From: an uncultured Actinomycetes bacterium
GTDB taxonomy: Bacteria > Actinomycetota > Actinomycetes > Streptosporangiales > Streptosporangiaceae
DNA length: 64,000 nt
Direction of reading: 5' to 3'
Assembly (NCBI GenBank): GCA_963782185.1
Contig: CAWAJB010000024.1
Location: 48,433-112,432 of the forward strand
Shown here: positions 16,425 through 25,878 of the stretch, piece by piece
Layout of the letters: each line of letters opens with the position of its first letter
Position numbering within the stretch: the first letter of the stretch is position 1
The notes under the pieces: generated by a model
Told to the model about the DNA's origin: nothing
What the model saw: only the letters and a program-made list of their open reading frames with translations
Databases searched by the model: none
Program-made: the position numbers and the translations under genes

Positions 16425-19400
16425 GTGGGCGGCGTGACCAGGGATCGGGGTCGGGGCACAGTGTTCTGGGTGGGCGTACTCGGGCCATTACTGGTTCGCA
16501 GCGGCGGTGAGCCCGTGCCTGTCCCCGCCCCGAAGCAGCGGGTGATCCTGGCCACCCTGGCTCTGCGCGCGGGCCAGGTCGCGTCCTACGACGAGCTGGC
16601 CGAGATCGTCTGGGACGGCGCGCCCCCGGCTGGGGCCCGGGTGGCCATCCGGAACTACGTGAAGCGCCTGCGCCAGATCCTGGGCCCGGTGGCCGGCCGC
16701 CGGATCGTCACCCAGGATCCGGGCTACGCCCTCGAGGCCGAGCCTGACGAGGTCGATGCGCTGCGGTTCACGGCGCTGTGCGGCAAGGGCGGGGAAGCCA
16801 TCCGCCAGGACACGCCTTCCGGCGGCGGCCCGGGTGCGTGGGAGATCCTGGGCGAGGCGATCGGCCTGTGGCGCGGGAACCCGCTCGTGGATGTGCCCTC
16901 CAACGTGCTTCTCACCGCCGAGGTACCCCGGCTGGATGCGCTGCGGATGCAGGCCCAGGAGTGGCGGATGGACGCCGGGCTGGCCCGCGGGCTGCACGCG
17001 GAGCTGGTCGGCGAGCTGACCCAGCTCGCGCAGGATCATCCCTGGCGTGAGCGATTCCACGCCCAGCTGATGCTGGCGCTGTACCGCTGCGGCCGGCAGG
17101 CCGAGGCGCTGGCCGCCTACCAGCGCACCCGGCGGATGCTGGTGGATGAGCTCGGTGTCGAACCCGGCCGTGAGCTGCGTGACCTCCAGGCCGGGATCCT
17201 GGACGCCGACCCCGGCCTGGCCGCCCCGGGCCCGGCGCTGGCCAGGTTCCTGGCCGCCCCGCCCGCCCCGGAGCCGGCCAAGCCCGGCCGGGCGGCCGCG
17301 GCCGGGCCGCCGGGCGAGGCGAAGCAGGCCGCGGGCCGCGCCCCGGCCACCCTGCCCGGCGGGACGCCGGCCGACACAGCCCCGGGACGTCCAGGGACAG
17401 GTGGTGCGGCAGCGGGCGCTGGTACCGCCGGAGCCCGGATCACCCGCGCGGCTGCCGACCGCGACCACGCCCCGGCCCGGGTGAGCCAGGGACCGGCGGC
17501 GAAGGCGGCCCCGGCGGCAGGCGCTGGCCCGTCCCGGGCCGGCCGGGCCGGAGCCGCCCCCACGGGCCCGGCCGCCGTGGTGCCCCGGCAACTGCCGGCC
17601 GGGGCGGCGCATTTCGCGGGGCGCACCGCCGAGCTGGCTGAGCTGCAGGCCTGGCGGCACGAGGCGGCCTCGGCCGACGGGGCGGCCAAGGTCCTGGTCA
17701 TCGGGGGAACAGCCGGGGCGGGCAAGACTGCCCTGGCGGTGCACTGGGCTCAGCACAGCGCGGCGGAGTTCCCCGACGGCCAACTCTACGTGAACCTGCG
17801 CGGGTTCGACCCGTCCGGCACCCCGGTGGCCCCGGGGGATGCGCTGCGCTGGTTCCTCGGTGCGTTCGGGGTGACCGAGGAACAGATGCCCGACAGCGTC
17901 GACGCGCAGTCCGCCCTGTACCGGAGCGTTCTGGCCGGCAAGCAGGTCCTCGTCATCCTCGACAACGCGCGTGACGCCGCCCAGGTACGGCCGCTGCTGC
18001 CGGGCAGCCAGACCTGCCTGGCCGTGGTGACCAGCCGGGCGAGGCTGCCCGGGCTGGTCGCGACGGAAGGCGCCCGGCTGGTCCCGCTCGACGTGCTGAC
18101 CGCCGGCGAGGCCCACGAACTGCTGGCCAGCCGGCTGGGGGAGCGGGCCCGGACGGAAGCGGACGCAGCCCACCAGCTGACCGAGGCGTGCTCCCGGCTC
18201 CCGCTGGCGCTCAGCATCGTGGCTGCCCGGGTGGCCGCCCGGCCTTACCTGCCGCTCGCCGATCTGGCCCGTGAGCTCGCTGACGCGCAGGGGCGGCTGG
18301 AAGCGCTGGACGCCGGGGACCCGGTGGCCAGCATCCGCGCGGTGTTCTCCTGGTCGTGCGAGCAGCTGAGCGCGCCCGCGGCCCGGATGTTCCGGCTGCT
18401 GGGGTTGCATGCCGGGCCCGACGTGACGGTCGCGGCGGCTGCGAGCCTGGCCGGGGTGGACCGCGGGCAGGCGGCGGCCGCGGTCGCCGAGCTGGCCGAC
18501 GCTCACCTGATCGCTGAGCACGCACCGGGCCGGTACGCGTTCCACGATCTGCTCCGCGCCTATGCGGCGTACCTGGCCCGGACCACCGACAGTGACGAGG
18601 AGCGCCGCGAGGCCGTCAACCGGGTGCTGGATCACTACGTGCACACCGCCTCGGCCGGCAGCCGGGTCCTCAACCCCGTCCGCCCGACCATCGCCCTGGG
18701 ACCGCCGCAGCCCGGGGTCGTCCCGGAGCTCCTCGGCTACGCCGGTGAGACGCTGGCCTGGTTCGAGGCCGAGCGCCAGGTGCTGATCGCCGCGATCACG
18801 CAGGCCACCGACGGCGGCTTCGACACGCATGCGTGGCAGCTGCCCTGGGCGGTGTGGCTGTTCTTCGACCGGGCGGGTTACTGGCATGATCAGCTCGCCA
18901 TCCAGCGCACCGCCGTCGACGCCGCCAAGCGGCTGGGTGACCGGGCCCGCCAGGGCCACGCGTACCGTGATCTCGGGGCCGCCATCGGCCGCCTCGGCCA
19001 GCTGGCCGAGGCCCGCGACTTCTGCCGCCAGGCTCTCGAGCTGCACCGGCAGGTTGGCGACCGGCTCGGCGAGGCCCGCGCGCACAACGAGATCGCGGTG
19101 CTGGCCGAGCAGCAGGGCCGGATCGCGGAGGCGCTCGGCCACGCTCAGCTGGCCCTCACCCTGTACCGGCAGGAAGGGCACGAGCAGGGCCTGGCCAAGA
19201 TGCTCAACGGCGTCGGCTGGATGCACGCGCAGCTGGGGGACTACGAGCAGGCGCTCGAGTTCTGCGAGCAGGCGCTGAGCATGTACCGGGGCCGCGGCGA
19301 CGCGCTGAACGAGGCGGCCACCTGGGACAGCATGGGGTACGCCCTGCTGCACCTCGGCCGGCTCGAGAACGCTATCGGGTGCCTGCGCACCGCGGTCGGC

Positions 19401-19667
19401 ACCATCGCCGGACTCCACATGGGGTACTACGAGACCACCATGCTGGTTCACCTCGGCGACGCCTACAACGCCGCCGGTGACGTGGGCCCGGCCCGCCAGT
19501 CGTGGCGGGAAGCCCTGGAGATCCTGGAAGGCCTGAATCACTCGGACGCCGACCAGGTCCGGGCCCGGCTGAACGGCCAGCAACCCCCGGGTCCCGGCAT
19601 CCCCGCAGGCCAGGCCGGGTCGGCGCTAGGCGGCCGCCTGCGCGAGGACCACGCGGTCGGCGCCTGA
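16425..19667 (+). CDS. AfsR/SARP-family regulator: OmpR-type wHTH plus BTAD, a ~130-aa A/P/G-rich linker, an NB-ARC (STAND) ATPase and C-terminal TPR repeats
   Basis: VLGPLLVRSGGEPVPVPAPKQRVILATLAL...IVWDG (wHTH). ALYRCGRQAEALAAYQRTRRMLVDELGVEPGRELRDLQAGIL (BTAD). P-loop GGTAGAGKTALAV with VLVILDNA. Repeated GDxxxAxxxxxxALxxxR TPR-like units at the C-terminus. Confidence 0.9.
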   Translation: MGGVTRDRGRGTVFWVGVLGPLLVRSGGEPVPVPAPKQRVILATLALRAGQVASYDELAEIVWDGAPPAGARVAIRNYVKRLRQILGPVAGRRIVTQDPGYALEAEPDEVDALRFTALCGKGGEAIRQDTPSGGGPGAWEILGEAIGLWRGNPLVDVPSNVLLTAEVPRLDALRMQAQEWRMDAGLARGLHAELVGELTQLAQDHPWRERFHAQLMLALYRCGRQAEALAAYQRTRRMLVDELGVEPGRELRDLQAGILDADPGLAAPGPALARFLAAPPAPEPAKPGRAAAAGPPGEAKQAAGRAPATLPGGTPADTAPGRPGTGGAAAGAGTAGARITRAAADRDHAPARVSQGPAAKAAPAAGAGPSRAGRAGAAPTGPAAVVPRQLPAGAAHFAGRTAELAELQAWRHEAASADGAAKVLVIGGTAGAGKTALAVHWAQHSAAEFPDGQLYVNLRGFDPSGTPVAPGDALRWFLGAFGVTEEQMPDSVDAQSALYRSVLAGKQVLVILDNARDAAQVRPLLPGSQTCLAVVTSRARLPGLVATEGARLVPLDVLTAGEAHELLASRLGERARTEADAAHQLTEACSRLPLALSIVAARVAARPYLPLADLARELADAQGRLEALDAGDPVASIRAVFSWSCEQLSAPAARMFRLLGLHAGPDVTVAAAASLAGVDRGQAAAAVAELADAHLIAEHAPGRYAFHDLLRAYAAYLARTTDSDEERREAVNRVLDHYVHTASAGSRVLNPVRPTIALGPPQPGVVPELLGYAGETLAWFEAERQVLIAAITQATDGGFDTHAWQLPWAVWLFFDRAGYWHDQLAIQRTAVDAAKRLGDRARQGHAYRDLGAAIGRLGQLAEARDFCRQALELHRQVGDRLGEARAHNEIAVLAEQQGRIAEALGHAQLALTLYRQEGHEQGLAKMLNGVGWMHAQLGDYEQALEFCEQALSMYRGRGDALNEAATWDSMGYALLHLGRLENAIGCLRTAVGTIAGLHMGYYETTMLVHLGDAYNAAGDVGPARQSWREALEILEGLNHSDADQVRARLNGQQPPGPGIPAGQAGSALGGRLREDHAVGA

Positions 19668-19755
19668 CATACCGCCCGCTCACCGCGCTACCGGGACGTT
19701 ACCGGCCGGTTGCACACTTTACGAGTGCACCTACCCCCCCCGGTGCACCCCCCTG

Positions 19756-19814
19756 CCGGGGCCGTCTCCGGACGGCCCCGGCGCCGGACCTCCGGCTTCC
19801 GGTCAGGAAGCCGG
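19756..19814 (+). terminator. two tandem GC-rich hairpins downstream of the SARP gene (candidate intrinsic terminators with no U-tract)
   Basis: ccggggccgtc-tccg-gacggccccgg (19756-19781; 11-bp stem) and ccggcttcc-ggtca-ggaagccgg (19792-19814; 9-bp stem). They begin about 90 nt after the stop at 19667. Confidence 0.45.
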
Positions 19815-19984
19815 GGGGTCCCCGGCCCCCTCTGCCTCCCGGCCCCGTTCGCGGGCTCTGAGCCGGGCCTCGCTTCCGTGAGGTCCCTGCCTCACCGCCG
19901 GCCGCGTCACCCGGCCACCGCAACGACACGGCCGCGACCCGGCCAGGGGAAGCCAACCCGGCACGCGGCCGTTACGGTGCAGGG

Positions 19985-22900
19985 GTGAGTGTGCGCCGCA
20001 GAACGACACCGGCCGGGGAACTGGCCCGGCTGGGCTTCGCCGACGCGGCCCGGGCAGAGCGGCTGCTCAGCCAGGACCTGGCCCTCGACCCCGAGGGCGC
20101 CGACGCCGACCTGCTGGCCTCGCTGGCCGCGTCCGCCGACCCGGATCTGGCCCTGATCACGCTGTCCCGGATGACGCTCGGCGGCGACCTGCTCGGCGCG
20201 CTGCGCGCCGACGCCGGCCTGCGGAGCCGGTTCACCGCGGTGCTCGGCGCGAGCGCCGCGCTCGGCGATCACCTGGCCCGGCACCCCGGGGACTGGCGCG
20301 TGCTGAGCGGTCCCGATGCGCTGCGCAGCCCCGGCCCGGCCGAGCTGCGGACGGACCTGCTGATGGCGGTGGGAGCCAAGCCCGACGACCCGGAGCCGGC
20401 CGCCGGCCCGGCCGGGCCCCAGGGCCGCGACCCGGCCACCGCGCCGGTCGCCTCACTGGGTGCTGCCTACCGGCGGCGGCTGCTGCACCTCGCCGCCCGT
20501 GACCTGACCGGGGCCGTCACCGTGGACGAGACCGCGGCCGAGCTGGCCGACCTCGCCGCCGCGGCCCTCGAGGCCGCGCTGGCCGTCGCCCGGTCGCAGC
20601 TGCCGCCGGGCTCGGCGCCGGCGCGGCTGGCGGTGATCGCCATGGGCAAGTGCGGCGGCCGCGAGCTCAACTACGCCAGCGACGTAGACGTGATCTTCGT
20701 GGCCGCGCCCGCCGGAGCCCCGCCATCCGCGACCGATGCCGCTGAGGCCGAGGCGGCCGCGCTGCGCACCGCTACCCAGCTGGCCGCGGGCCTGGTCCGG
20801 ACGTGCTCGCAGAGCACACCCGAAGGTGCCCTGTTCCCCGTGGACCCCAACCTCCGCCCCGAAGGCCGGGATGGTCCGCTGGCTCGCACCCTGGCCAGTC
20901 ACGTCGCGTACTACCAGCGCTGGGCCAAGACGTGGGAGTTCCAGGCGCTGCTCAAAGCCCGCCCGGTGGCCGGCGACCGCGCGCTGGGCCAGGCCTATCT
21001 CGACGCCCTCAGCCCGATGGTGTGGCAGGCCGCCCAGCGTCCCAATTTCGTCGCCGACGTGCAGGCCATGCGGCGCCGCGTGATCGGGAACCTGGCTCCC
21101 GGCGAGGCCGCCCGCCAGCTCAAGCTCGGCCCCGGCGGGCTGCGCGACATCGAGTTCGCGGTACAGCTGCTCCAGCTGGTGCACGGGCGTACCGACGATT
21201 CGCTGCGCGAAACCGGCACGCTGCCCGCGCTGGCCGCGCTGGCCCGGGGTGGCTACGTGGGCCGGGAGGACGCGGCCAGCATGGCCGCCGCCTACCGCTT
21301 CCTGCGCACCGTGGAGCACCTGCTCCAGCTGCGCCAGCTGCGCCGCACCCACACCCTGCCCGAGGATCCGGCCGCGCTGCGCCGGCTGGGCCGCGCGCTG
21401 CGCCGGGCCCGGACCCGCAGTGGCGCGGCGGCCCCGGCCCCGCCGTCGCGGGCCGACCCGGCCGCCGAGCTGATGGCCCAGTGGCGCCAGCACGCCCGCG
21501 AGGCCCGCCGCCTGCACGAGAAGCTGTTCTACCGGCCCCTGCTCGATGCGGTGGCCCGGCTGCCCACCGACGCGGTGCGGCTCACCCGTGAGGAGGCGCG
21601 GGCCCGGCTGGAAGCCCTCGGCTACGCTGACCCGGCCGGCGCGCTGCGCCACATCGAGGCGCTGACCTCGGGGGTATCCCGGCGGGCGGCCATCCAGCGC
21701 ACGCTGCTGCCCGTGATGCTGGAATGGTTCGCCGACGCCGCGCAGCCGGACGCCGGGCTGCTGGCCTTCCGGCAGGTCAGCGACGCGCTCGGGGACTCGC
21801 CCTGGTACCTGCGGCTGCTCCGGGACGACACGAACGTGGCGCGCCGGATGGCCCGGCTGCTGGCCTCCAGCCGGTACGCGACGGACCTGCTGATGCGCGC
21901 GCCGGAGACCGTGGCCCTGCTCGGCTCGGATGAGCAGCTCGTGCCCCGTCCCGCGACCGCGCTGCACACCGAGGCCACCGCGGTGGTGAGCCGGCACGCG
22001 AGCGCCGCGGAGGCCGCGCAGGCGGTCCGCGCGCTGCGCCGCCGTGAGCTGCTCCGCACCGCTGCCGCCGACCTGCTCGGCGTGACCACGGTCGAGCAGA
22101 CCGAAGAGGCGCTGACCGTGATCACCGCAGTCACCATCGGCGGGGCGCTGGAGGCCGCGACCAGCCAGTTCGAGCGGGACTCCGGCCCGATGCCCACCCG
22201 GATGTGCGTGGTGGGCATGGGACGGTTCGGCGGCCGGGAGACGGGCTACGGCAGCGACGCGGACGTGATGTTCGTCCATGACCCGCTGCCCGGCGTGACG
22301 GACCAGGTGGCGTCGCGGGCCGCGCACGCGGTCGCCGAGGAGATGCGGCGGCTGCTCGCCCAGCCCGCACCCGACCCGCCGCTGGTGGTGGACCCGGGGC
22401 TGCGACCCGAGGGGCGCCAGGGGCCGCTGGTGCGCACGCTGGCCTCCTACCGCGCCTACTACGAGCGCTGGTCGCTGGCCTGGGAGGCGCAGGCGCTGCT
22501 GCGCGCGGACCCGGCCGCCGGCGACCGGGAGCTGGGGGAGCGGTTCAACGCCCTGGCCGACGAGTTCCGCTACCCGGCCGGCGGGATCAGCGCCGCGGCG
22601 ATCCTGGACATCAGGCGGCTCAAGGCGCGGATGGAAGCGGAGCGGATGCCGCGCGGCACGGATCCGGCCATGCACCTGAAGCTGGGCCCGGGCGGGCTGT
22701 CCGACGTGGAGTGGGTCGTCCAGTTGCTCCAGCTGACCCACGCGCACGAAGTCCCCGCGCTGCGCACCACGCGCACCCTGACCGCGCTGCGGGCGGCCCA
22801 GGAGGCGAGCCTGATCGGCCAGGATGACGCGGCCGCGCTGGCCGCCTCGTGGCGGCTGGCGACCCGGATCCGCAACGCCGTGGTGCTGCTGCGCGGACGG

Positions 22901-23053
22901 TCCTCGGACGTGCTCCCCGCCAAGCAGTCGGAGCGGGCGGCCGTGGCCCGGATCCTCGGCTATTCCCCGGACGCCAGCCAGGACCTGGTCGAGGACTACC
23001 GGCGCACGGCGCGCCGGGCCCGCGCCGTGATGGAGCGCCTCTTCTACGGCTGA
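19985..23053 (+). CDS. glnE: bifunctional [glutamine synthetase] adenylyltransferase / adenylyl-removing enzyme
   Basis: 1022 aa with two nucleotidyltransferase halves: MGKCGGRELNYASDVDVIFV...DPNLRPEG and MGRFGGRETGYGSDADVMFV...DPGLRPEG. LKLGPGGLRDIEF and LKLGPGGLSDVEW are also present. Confidence 0.95.
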   Translation: MSVRRRTTPAGELARLGFADAARAERLLSQDLALDPEGADADLLASLAASADPDLALITLSRMTLGGDLLGALRADAGLRSRFTAVLGASAALGDHLARHPGDWRVLSGPDALRSPGPAELRTDLLMAVGAKPDDPEPAAGPAGPQGRDPATAPVASLGAAYRRRLLHLAARDLTGAVTVDETAAELADLAAAALEAALAVARSQLPPGSAPARLAVIAMGKCGGRELNYASDVDVIFVAAPAGAPPSATDAAEAEAAALRTATQLAAGLVRTCSQSTPEGALFPVDPNLRPEGRDGPLARTLASHVAYYQRWAKTWEFQALLKARPVAGDRALGQAYLDALSPMVWQAAQRPNFVADVQAMRRRVIGNLAPGEAARQLKLGPGGLRDIEFAVQLLQLVHGRTDDSLRETGTLPALAALARGGYVGREDAASMAAAYRFLRTVEHLLQLRQLRRTHTLPEDPAALRRLGRALRRARTRSGAAAPAPPSRADPAAELMAQWRQHAREARRLHEKLFYRPLLDAVARLPTDAVRLTREEARARLEALGYADPAGALRHIEALTSGVSRRAAIQRTLLPVMLEWFADAAQPDAGLLAFRQVSDALGDSPWYLRLLRDDTNVARRMARLLASSRYATDLLMRAPETVALLGSDEQLVPRPATALHTEATAVVSRHASAAEAAQAVRALRRRELLRTAAADLLGVTTVEQTEEALTVITAVTIGGALEAATSQFERDSGPMPTRMCVVGMGRFGGRETGYGSDADVMFVHDPLPGVTDQVASRAAHAVAEEMRRLLAQPAPDPPLVVDPGLRPEGRQGPLVRTLASYRAYYERWSLAWEAQALLRADPAAGDRELGERFNALADEFRYPAGGISAAAILDIRRLKARMEAERMPRGTDPAMHLKLGPGGLSDVEWVVQLLQLTHAHEVPALRTTRTLTALRAAQEASLIGQDDAAALAASWRLATRIRNAVVLLRGRSSDVLPAKQSERAAVARILGYSPDASQDLVEDYRRTARRARAVMERLFYG

Positions 23054-23158
23054 CCGTGGCCAGGACCTGTCCCAGCCGGGCCCCTCCCAGCCCGCAGGGG
23101 GCGGCGCCCGCGGCCGTTCTCGTCCTGTAGTACCAGGCCAGGATCGGCCCGCGAGCCG

Positions 23159-23740
23159 ATGTGCCGGCGGGTACCGGCGCGGCATCGTGGCAGCGTGAAC
23201 TCACCGGACCCGGGGCGCAGGCGGCGGCCCCTCTGGCGCTGGGCCGTGGACCTGGTGCTGATCGCGGCGGCCGTGGTCTCGGTGGCGCTGGAGCCGGTGT
23301 CGATCGCCTGGCACAGCGTCATCGGGCTGGTCTTCGCCGGGTTCGCCGGCCCGCACCTGTGGCACCGGCGGGCCTGGATCGGCGGGACGCTGCGCCGCCT
23401 GCGGCAGCGCCGCCCGCTGCCCCGGGCGCTGCGGTGGAGCCTGTCCCAGGCCAGCCTGCTGCTCGTGCTCACGGTGATCGTCACCGCGTCGGGGCTGTGG
23501 GACTGGCTGGACGGCCGCACGACGATCCGCTGGCACGCGATCTCCAGCGTCATCCTCCTGGCGGTGCTCGTCCGGCACACCTGGACCCGGCGGCGCCGGC
23601 TCCTGCGGCCGGGCCGCCCGGGCCGCCCGGCCGGGCCCGTCAGGCCAGCCGGCCGTTGGCGCGCAGCCTGGCCAGCGCGTTCACGGTCATCGCGCCGCGC
23701 CACTCGGCCGCGGTCACCGGGGACCAGGCCAGCCAGTTGA
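23159..23740 (+). CDS. hypothetical integral membrane protein (about 4 TM segments)
   Basis: Hydrophobic segments LVLIAAAVVSVAL, VIGLVFAGFAG, LLLVLTVIVTASGL and ISSVILLAVLV. The basic low-complexity tail overlaps the convergent gene by 101 nt. An alternative GTG start lies at 23195. Confidence 0.45.
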   Translation: MCRRVPARHRGSVNSPDPGRRRRPLWRWAVDLVLIAAAVVSVALEPVSIAWHSVIGLVFAGFAGPHLWHRRAWIGGTLRRLRQRRPLPRALRWSLSQASLLLVLTVIVTASGLWDWLDGRTTIRWHAISSVILLAVLVRHTWTRRRRLLRPGRPGRPAGPVRPAGRWRAAWPARSRSSRRATRPRSPGTRPAS

Positions 23741-24524
23741 ACGTCCAGCCCCCGTCGTCGCGCTGGCCGCGGGCCAGGTGGTCCAGGCAGGCCGCGATCA
23801 CCGCGGGCTCGAACAGGCGCCGGGCCAGCGATCCCGGCCGGGGCGCGAAGTCCAGCGGGGTGTGGATCTCGCCGGGCGCCGCGGGGTCCAGCGTCACCAC
23901 GTCCGGGCTGGTGATCAGCGGCGCGAGCTGATCCATCGTCGTGGCCGCCCGGCCGGTGTCGGGCACGTGATCGAGGAAATGGGCCACCGCGCGCAGGTCG
24001 TAGGGGCCGGCCTTCTCCAGCTGGCCTATCCGGGCCCACATCAGCCCGGTCGCGCGGTCCAGCCAGGGATGGCGGACGCCGCGGCTGTGCAACGTCCCGG
24101 CCAGCAGCCCGGTGGTGATGAGGGACGCCGGGTTGCCTTCTTCCGGCACCAGCCAGGGCGCGTGCGGCCATCCGCCAATATCGTCCGCAACGAAGACCGC
24201 GCCCCCCTCACCGGGTGCGTTGGCCTCGAGCCATCCGAGGGCTCCCCGGACGAGGGTGTCGTCCCAGGCGTCCGCCTCGTCCATGATTTCCAGGGCGAGC
24301 TCGATGGCCAGCGGCTGGCTGCCCGGGCCGCGGCTATCGGGCTCCAGCGCGTGGCCGAACCCGCCGTCCGGGTTGCGGTAGGCGGCGACGGCGTCGCGCA
24401 CCGGCCCGGCCTGCCCGCCGGCGAACAGCCGCTCGAACCGGCGCTGGTCCAGGACCCGGCCGGTGGCCGCGAGGAACTGCCGCGCTGCGTCGATGTCGAT
24501 GTCAGATGAGGTCATGGCGTCCAT
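23640..24524 (-). CDS. hypothetical protein with prenyltransferase/terpene-cyclase-like (alpha-alpha toroid) repeat motifs
   Basis: YRNPDGGFGHALEPD and QRDDGGWTFNW resemble the DGGF/DGGW repeats of that fold. 294 aa. Confidence 0.5.
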   Translation of the reverse strand: MDAMTSSDIDIDAARQFLAATGRVLDQRRFERLFAGGQAGPVRDAVAAYRNPDGGFGHALEPDSRGPGSQPLAIELALEIMDEADAWDDTLVRGALGWLEANAPGEGGAVFVADDIGGWPHAPWLVPEEGNPASLITTGLLAGTLHSRGVRHPWLDRATGLMWARIGQLEKAGPYDLRAVAHFLDHVPDTGRAATTMDQLAPLITSPDVVTLDPAAPGEIHTPLDFAPRPGSLARRLFEPAVIAACLDHLARGQRDDGGWTFNWLAWSPVTAAEWRGAMTVNALARLRANGRLA

Positions 24525-24620
24525 CCTGGCGCCCGGGCCGGCTGCGTGTCTTGAATGAATCGGTCACGCGGGCCGGGCGGCAGCGTGGAGGGCCTGGGCA
24601 GCGCGTGCCAGACTCGTGGC

Positions 24621-25406
24621 ATGGACTGGTCGCCGGGCTACCGGGAGTACGCCCCTCCCGCGGCCCTCGTCCGCGCCGTGTCCTGCGTGTGGCTGTCGGT
24701 GACCCCGGCCGCGGGTGCGCCGCCCACCCGGGTCCTGCCCGACGCCTGCACCGACCTCATCTGGCGCGCTGGCAGCGGGGTGTCCCTGGCCGGGCCCGAC
24801 ACCGGGCCGGTGCTGGTCCCGTCGGTGCCCGGCTCGGTGATGGCGGGGGTCCGGTTCCGGCCCGGGGCCGGCGGCCCGGCCCTGGGCCTGCCGCTCAGTG
24901 CCCTGCTCGACCAGCAGCTGAGTCCCGGGGCCCTGCGCAGCGGTCTGCCGGGCGGCCGGGGCGCGGCCCTGGCCGCCCGGGTGCACGGCGGGCTGGCGCC
25001 CGCTGACGCGGTGCACCGCCTGGTCCGGCTGGCGGGGGAGATGGTGAGCGGTGCGCCGCCGGACCCCCTGGTCGCGGCGGCCGCCCGGCAGCTGGCCCGG
25101 CCCGGGGCAGAGGCCGGCGGGGTCGTGCAGGTCAGTAGCGTGGCCCGGGACCTGGGTATCAGCGAACGGCAGCTGCATCGCAGGTGCGTGGCCGCGGTCG
25201 GCTACGGCCCGGTGCTGCTGCGCCGTGTGCTGCGCTTCCGCCAGTTCGTGTCCAGGATCGACGCGGGCGCGGCCTGCGGTGACCTGGGCGTGCTCGCCGC
25301 CGAGGCTGGCTATGCCGACCAGGCGCACCTGACCCGGGAGAGCCGGGACCTGGCGGGCCTGCCCCCGGCCGCCCTGGCACGGCTCCGGCGCGCCCCGGCC
25401 AGCTGA
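24621..25406 (+). CDS. AraC family transcriptional regulator
   Basis: C-terminal VARDLGISERQLHRRCVAAVGYGPVLLRRVLRF...AAEAGYADQAHLTRESRDLAGLPP is an HTH_18-type dual HTH. ATG at 24621 is preferred. Confidence 0.8.
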   Translation: MDWSPGYREYAPPAALVRAVSCVWLSVTPAAGAPPTRVLPDACTDLIWRAGSGVSLAGPDTGPVLVPSVPGSVMAGVRFRPGAGGPALGLPLSALLDQQLSPGALRSGLPGGRGAALAARVHGGLAPADAVHRLVRLAGEMVSGAPPDPLVAAAARQLARPGAEAGGVVQVSSVARDLGISERQLHRRCVAAVGYGPVLLRRVLRFRQFVSRIDAGAACGDLGVLAAEAGYADQAHLTRESRDLAGLPPAALARLRRAPAS

Positions 25407-25473
25407 CCCCGGCCAGCAGCCCCGGCCGGCTGACCCCGCCCGGCCGCCCCCCGGCGCGCCGCCCCCGGTCTGA

Positions 25474-25517
25474 TCGTGGACGTAAATGGCTGCCCCCGCA
25501 GCCATTTACGTCCACGA
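25474..25517. repeat. perfect 20-bp-stem, 4-nt-loop hairpin (TCGTGGACGTAAATGGCTGC-cccc-GCAGCCATTTACGTCCACGA); possible bidirectional terminator or repeat element
   Basis: Read directly. It lies 68 nt after the AraC stop and 24 nt beyond the VapC-remnant stop. The stem is AT-richer than the local background. Confidence 0.6.
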
Positions 25518-25540
25518 ACCAGCCGGGCGTGTTCGGGCGG

Positions 25541-25726
25541 TCAGGCCACTGCGGGCGGCGTCTCGAAGCCGCAACGAGGTCCCGGTGCCCGCGCCAGCCC
25601 GAGGTCAAGGGTCGCGACCTTTGACCCGAGCGACTCGGCGAGCGCGACGTGCCAGGCGTCGTAGCAGGTCACGTTGTCGCGCAGCTCCCATGTCCGGGCG
25701 GCGAACGGCGCGTAGGGGAAAGAGTT
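25541..25726 (-). pseudogene. PIN-domain (VapC-like) toxin, C-terminal fragment only
   Basis: The minus-strand frame reads ...RTWELRDNVTCYDAWHVALAESLGSKVATLDLGLARAPGPRCGFE..*, with the classic YDAxxVALAE...TxDxxLA VapC C-terminus. The frame is closed by TAG (25727-25729) upstream and has no usable start. The upstream piece (..DISADAASMAYADLLDLRVE..) continues in another frame. Confidence 0.6.
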
Positions 25727-25878
25727 CTACCCGCAGGTCGAGCAGGTCGGCATAGGCCATGGAGGCGGCGTCAGCGGAAATGTCGCCCGCCGTCGCCGGC
25801 TCGCATGGCTGTACGACATACTGAAGGCCGAGGCGCCCCCCGCGCCTCGGCAGACCTGGCGAGGAAGGCGATCCAGAC

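Noticed and set aside
16488-19583. 1031-aa ORF antisense to the SARP gene. There are similar giant antisense or alternate-frame ORFs at 20453..23185 (antisense to glnE), 28676..31549 (antisense to the GH63-like gene), 12976..14646 and 13071..14870 (over nadE), 8903..10159, 46713..48005 and 53439..54677.
   Set aside because: Their translations are dominated by Arg, Pro, Gly and Ala, carry no recognisable motifs, and exactly shadow genes with strong family signatures. This is the usual stop-codon-poor artefact of very GC-rich DNA.
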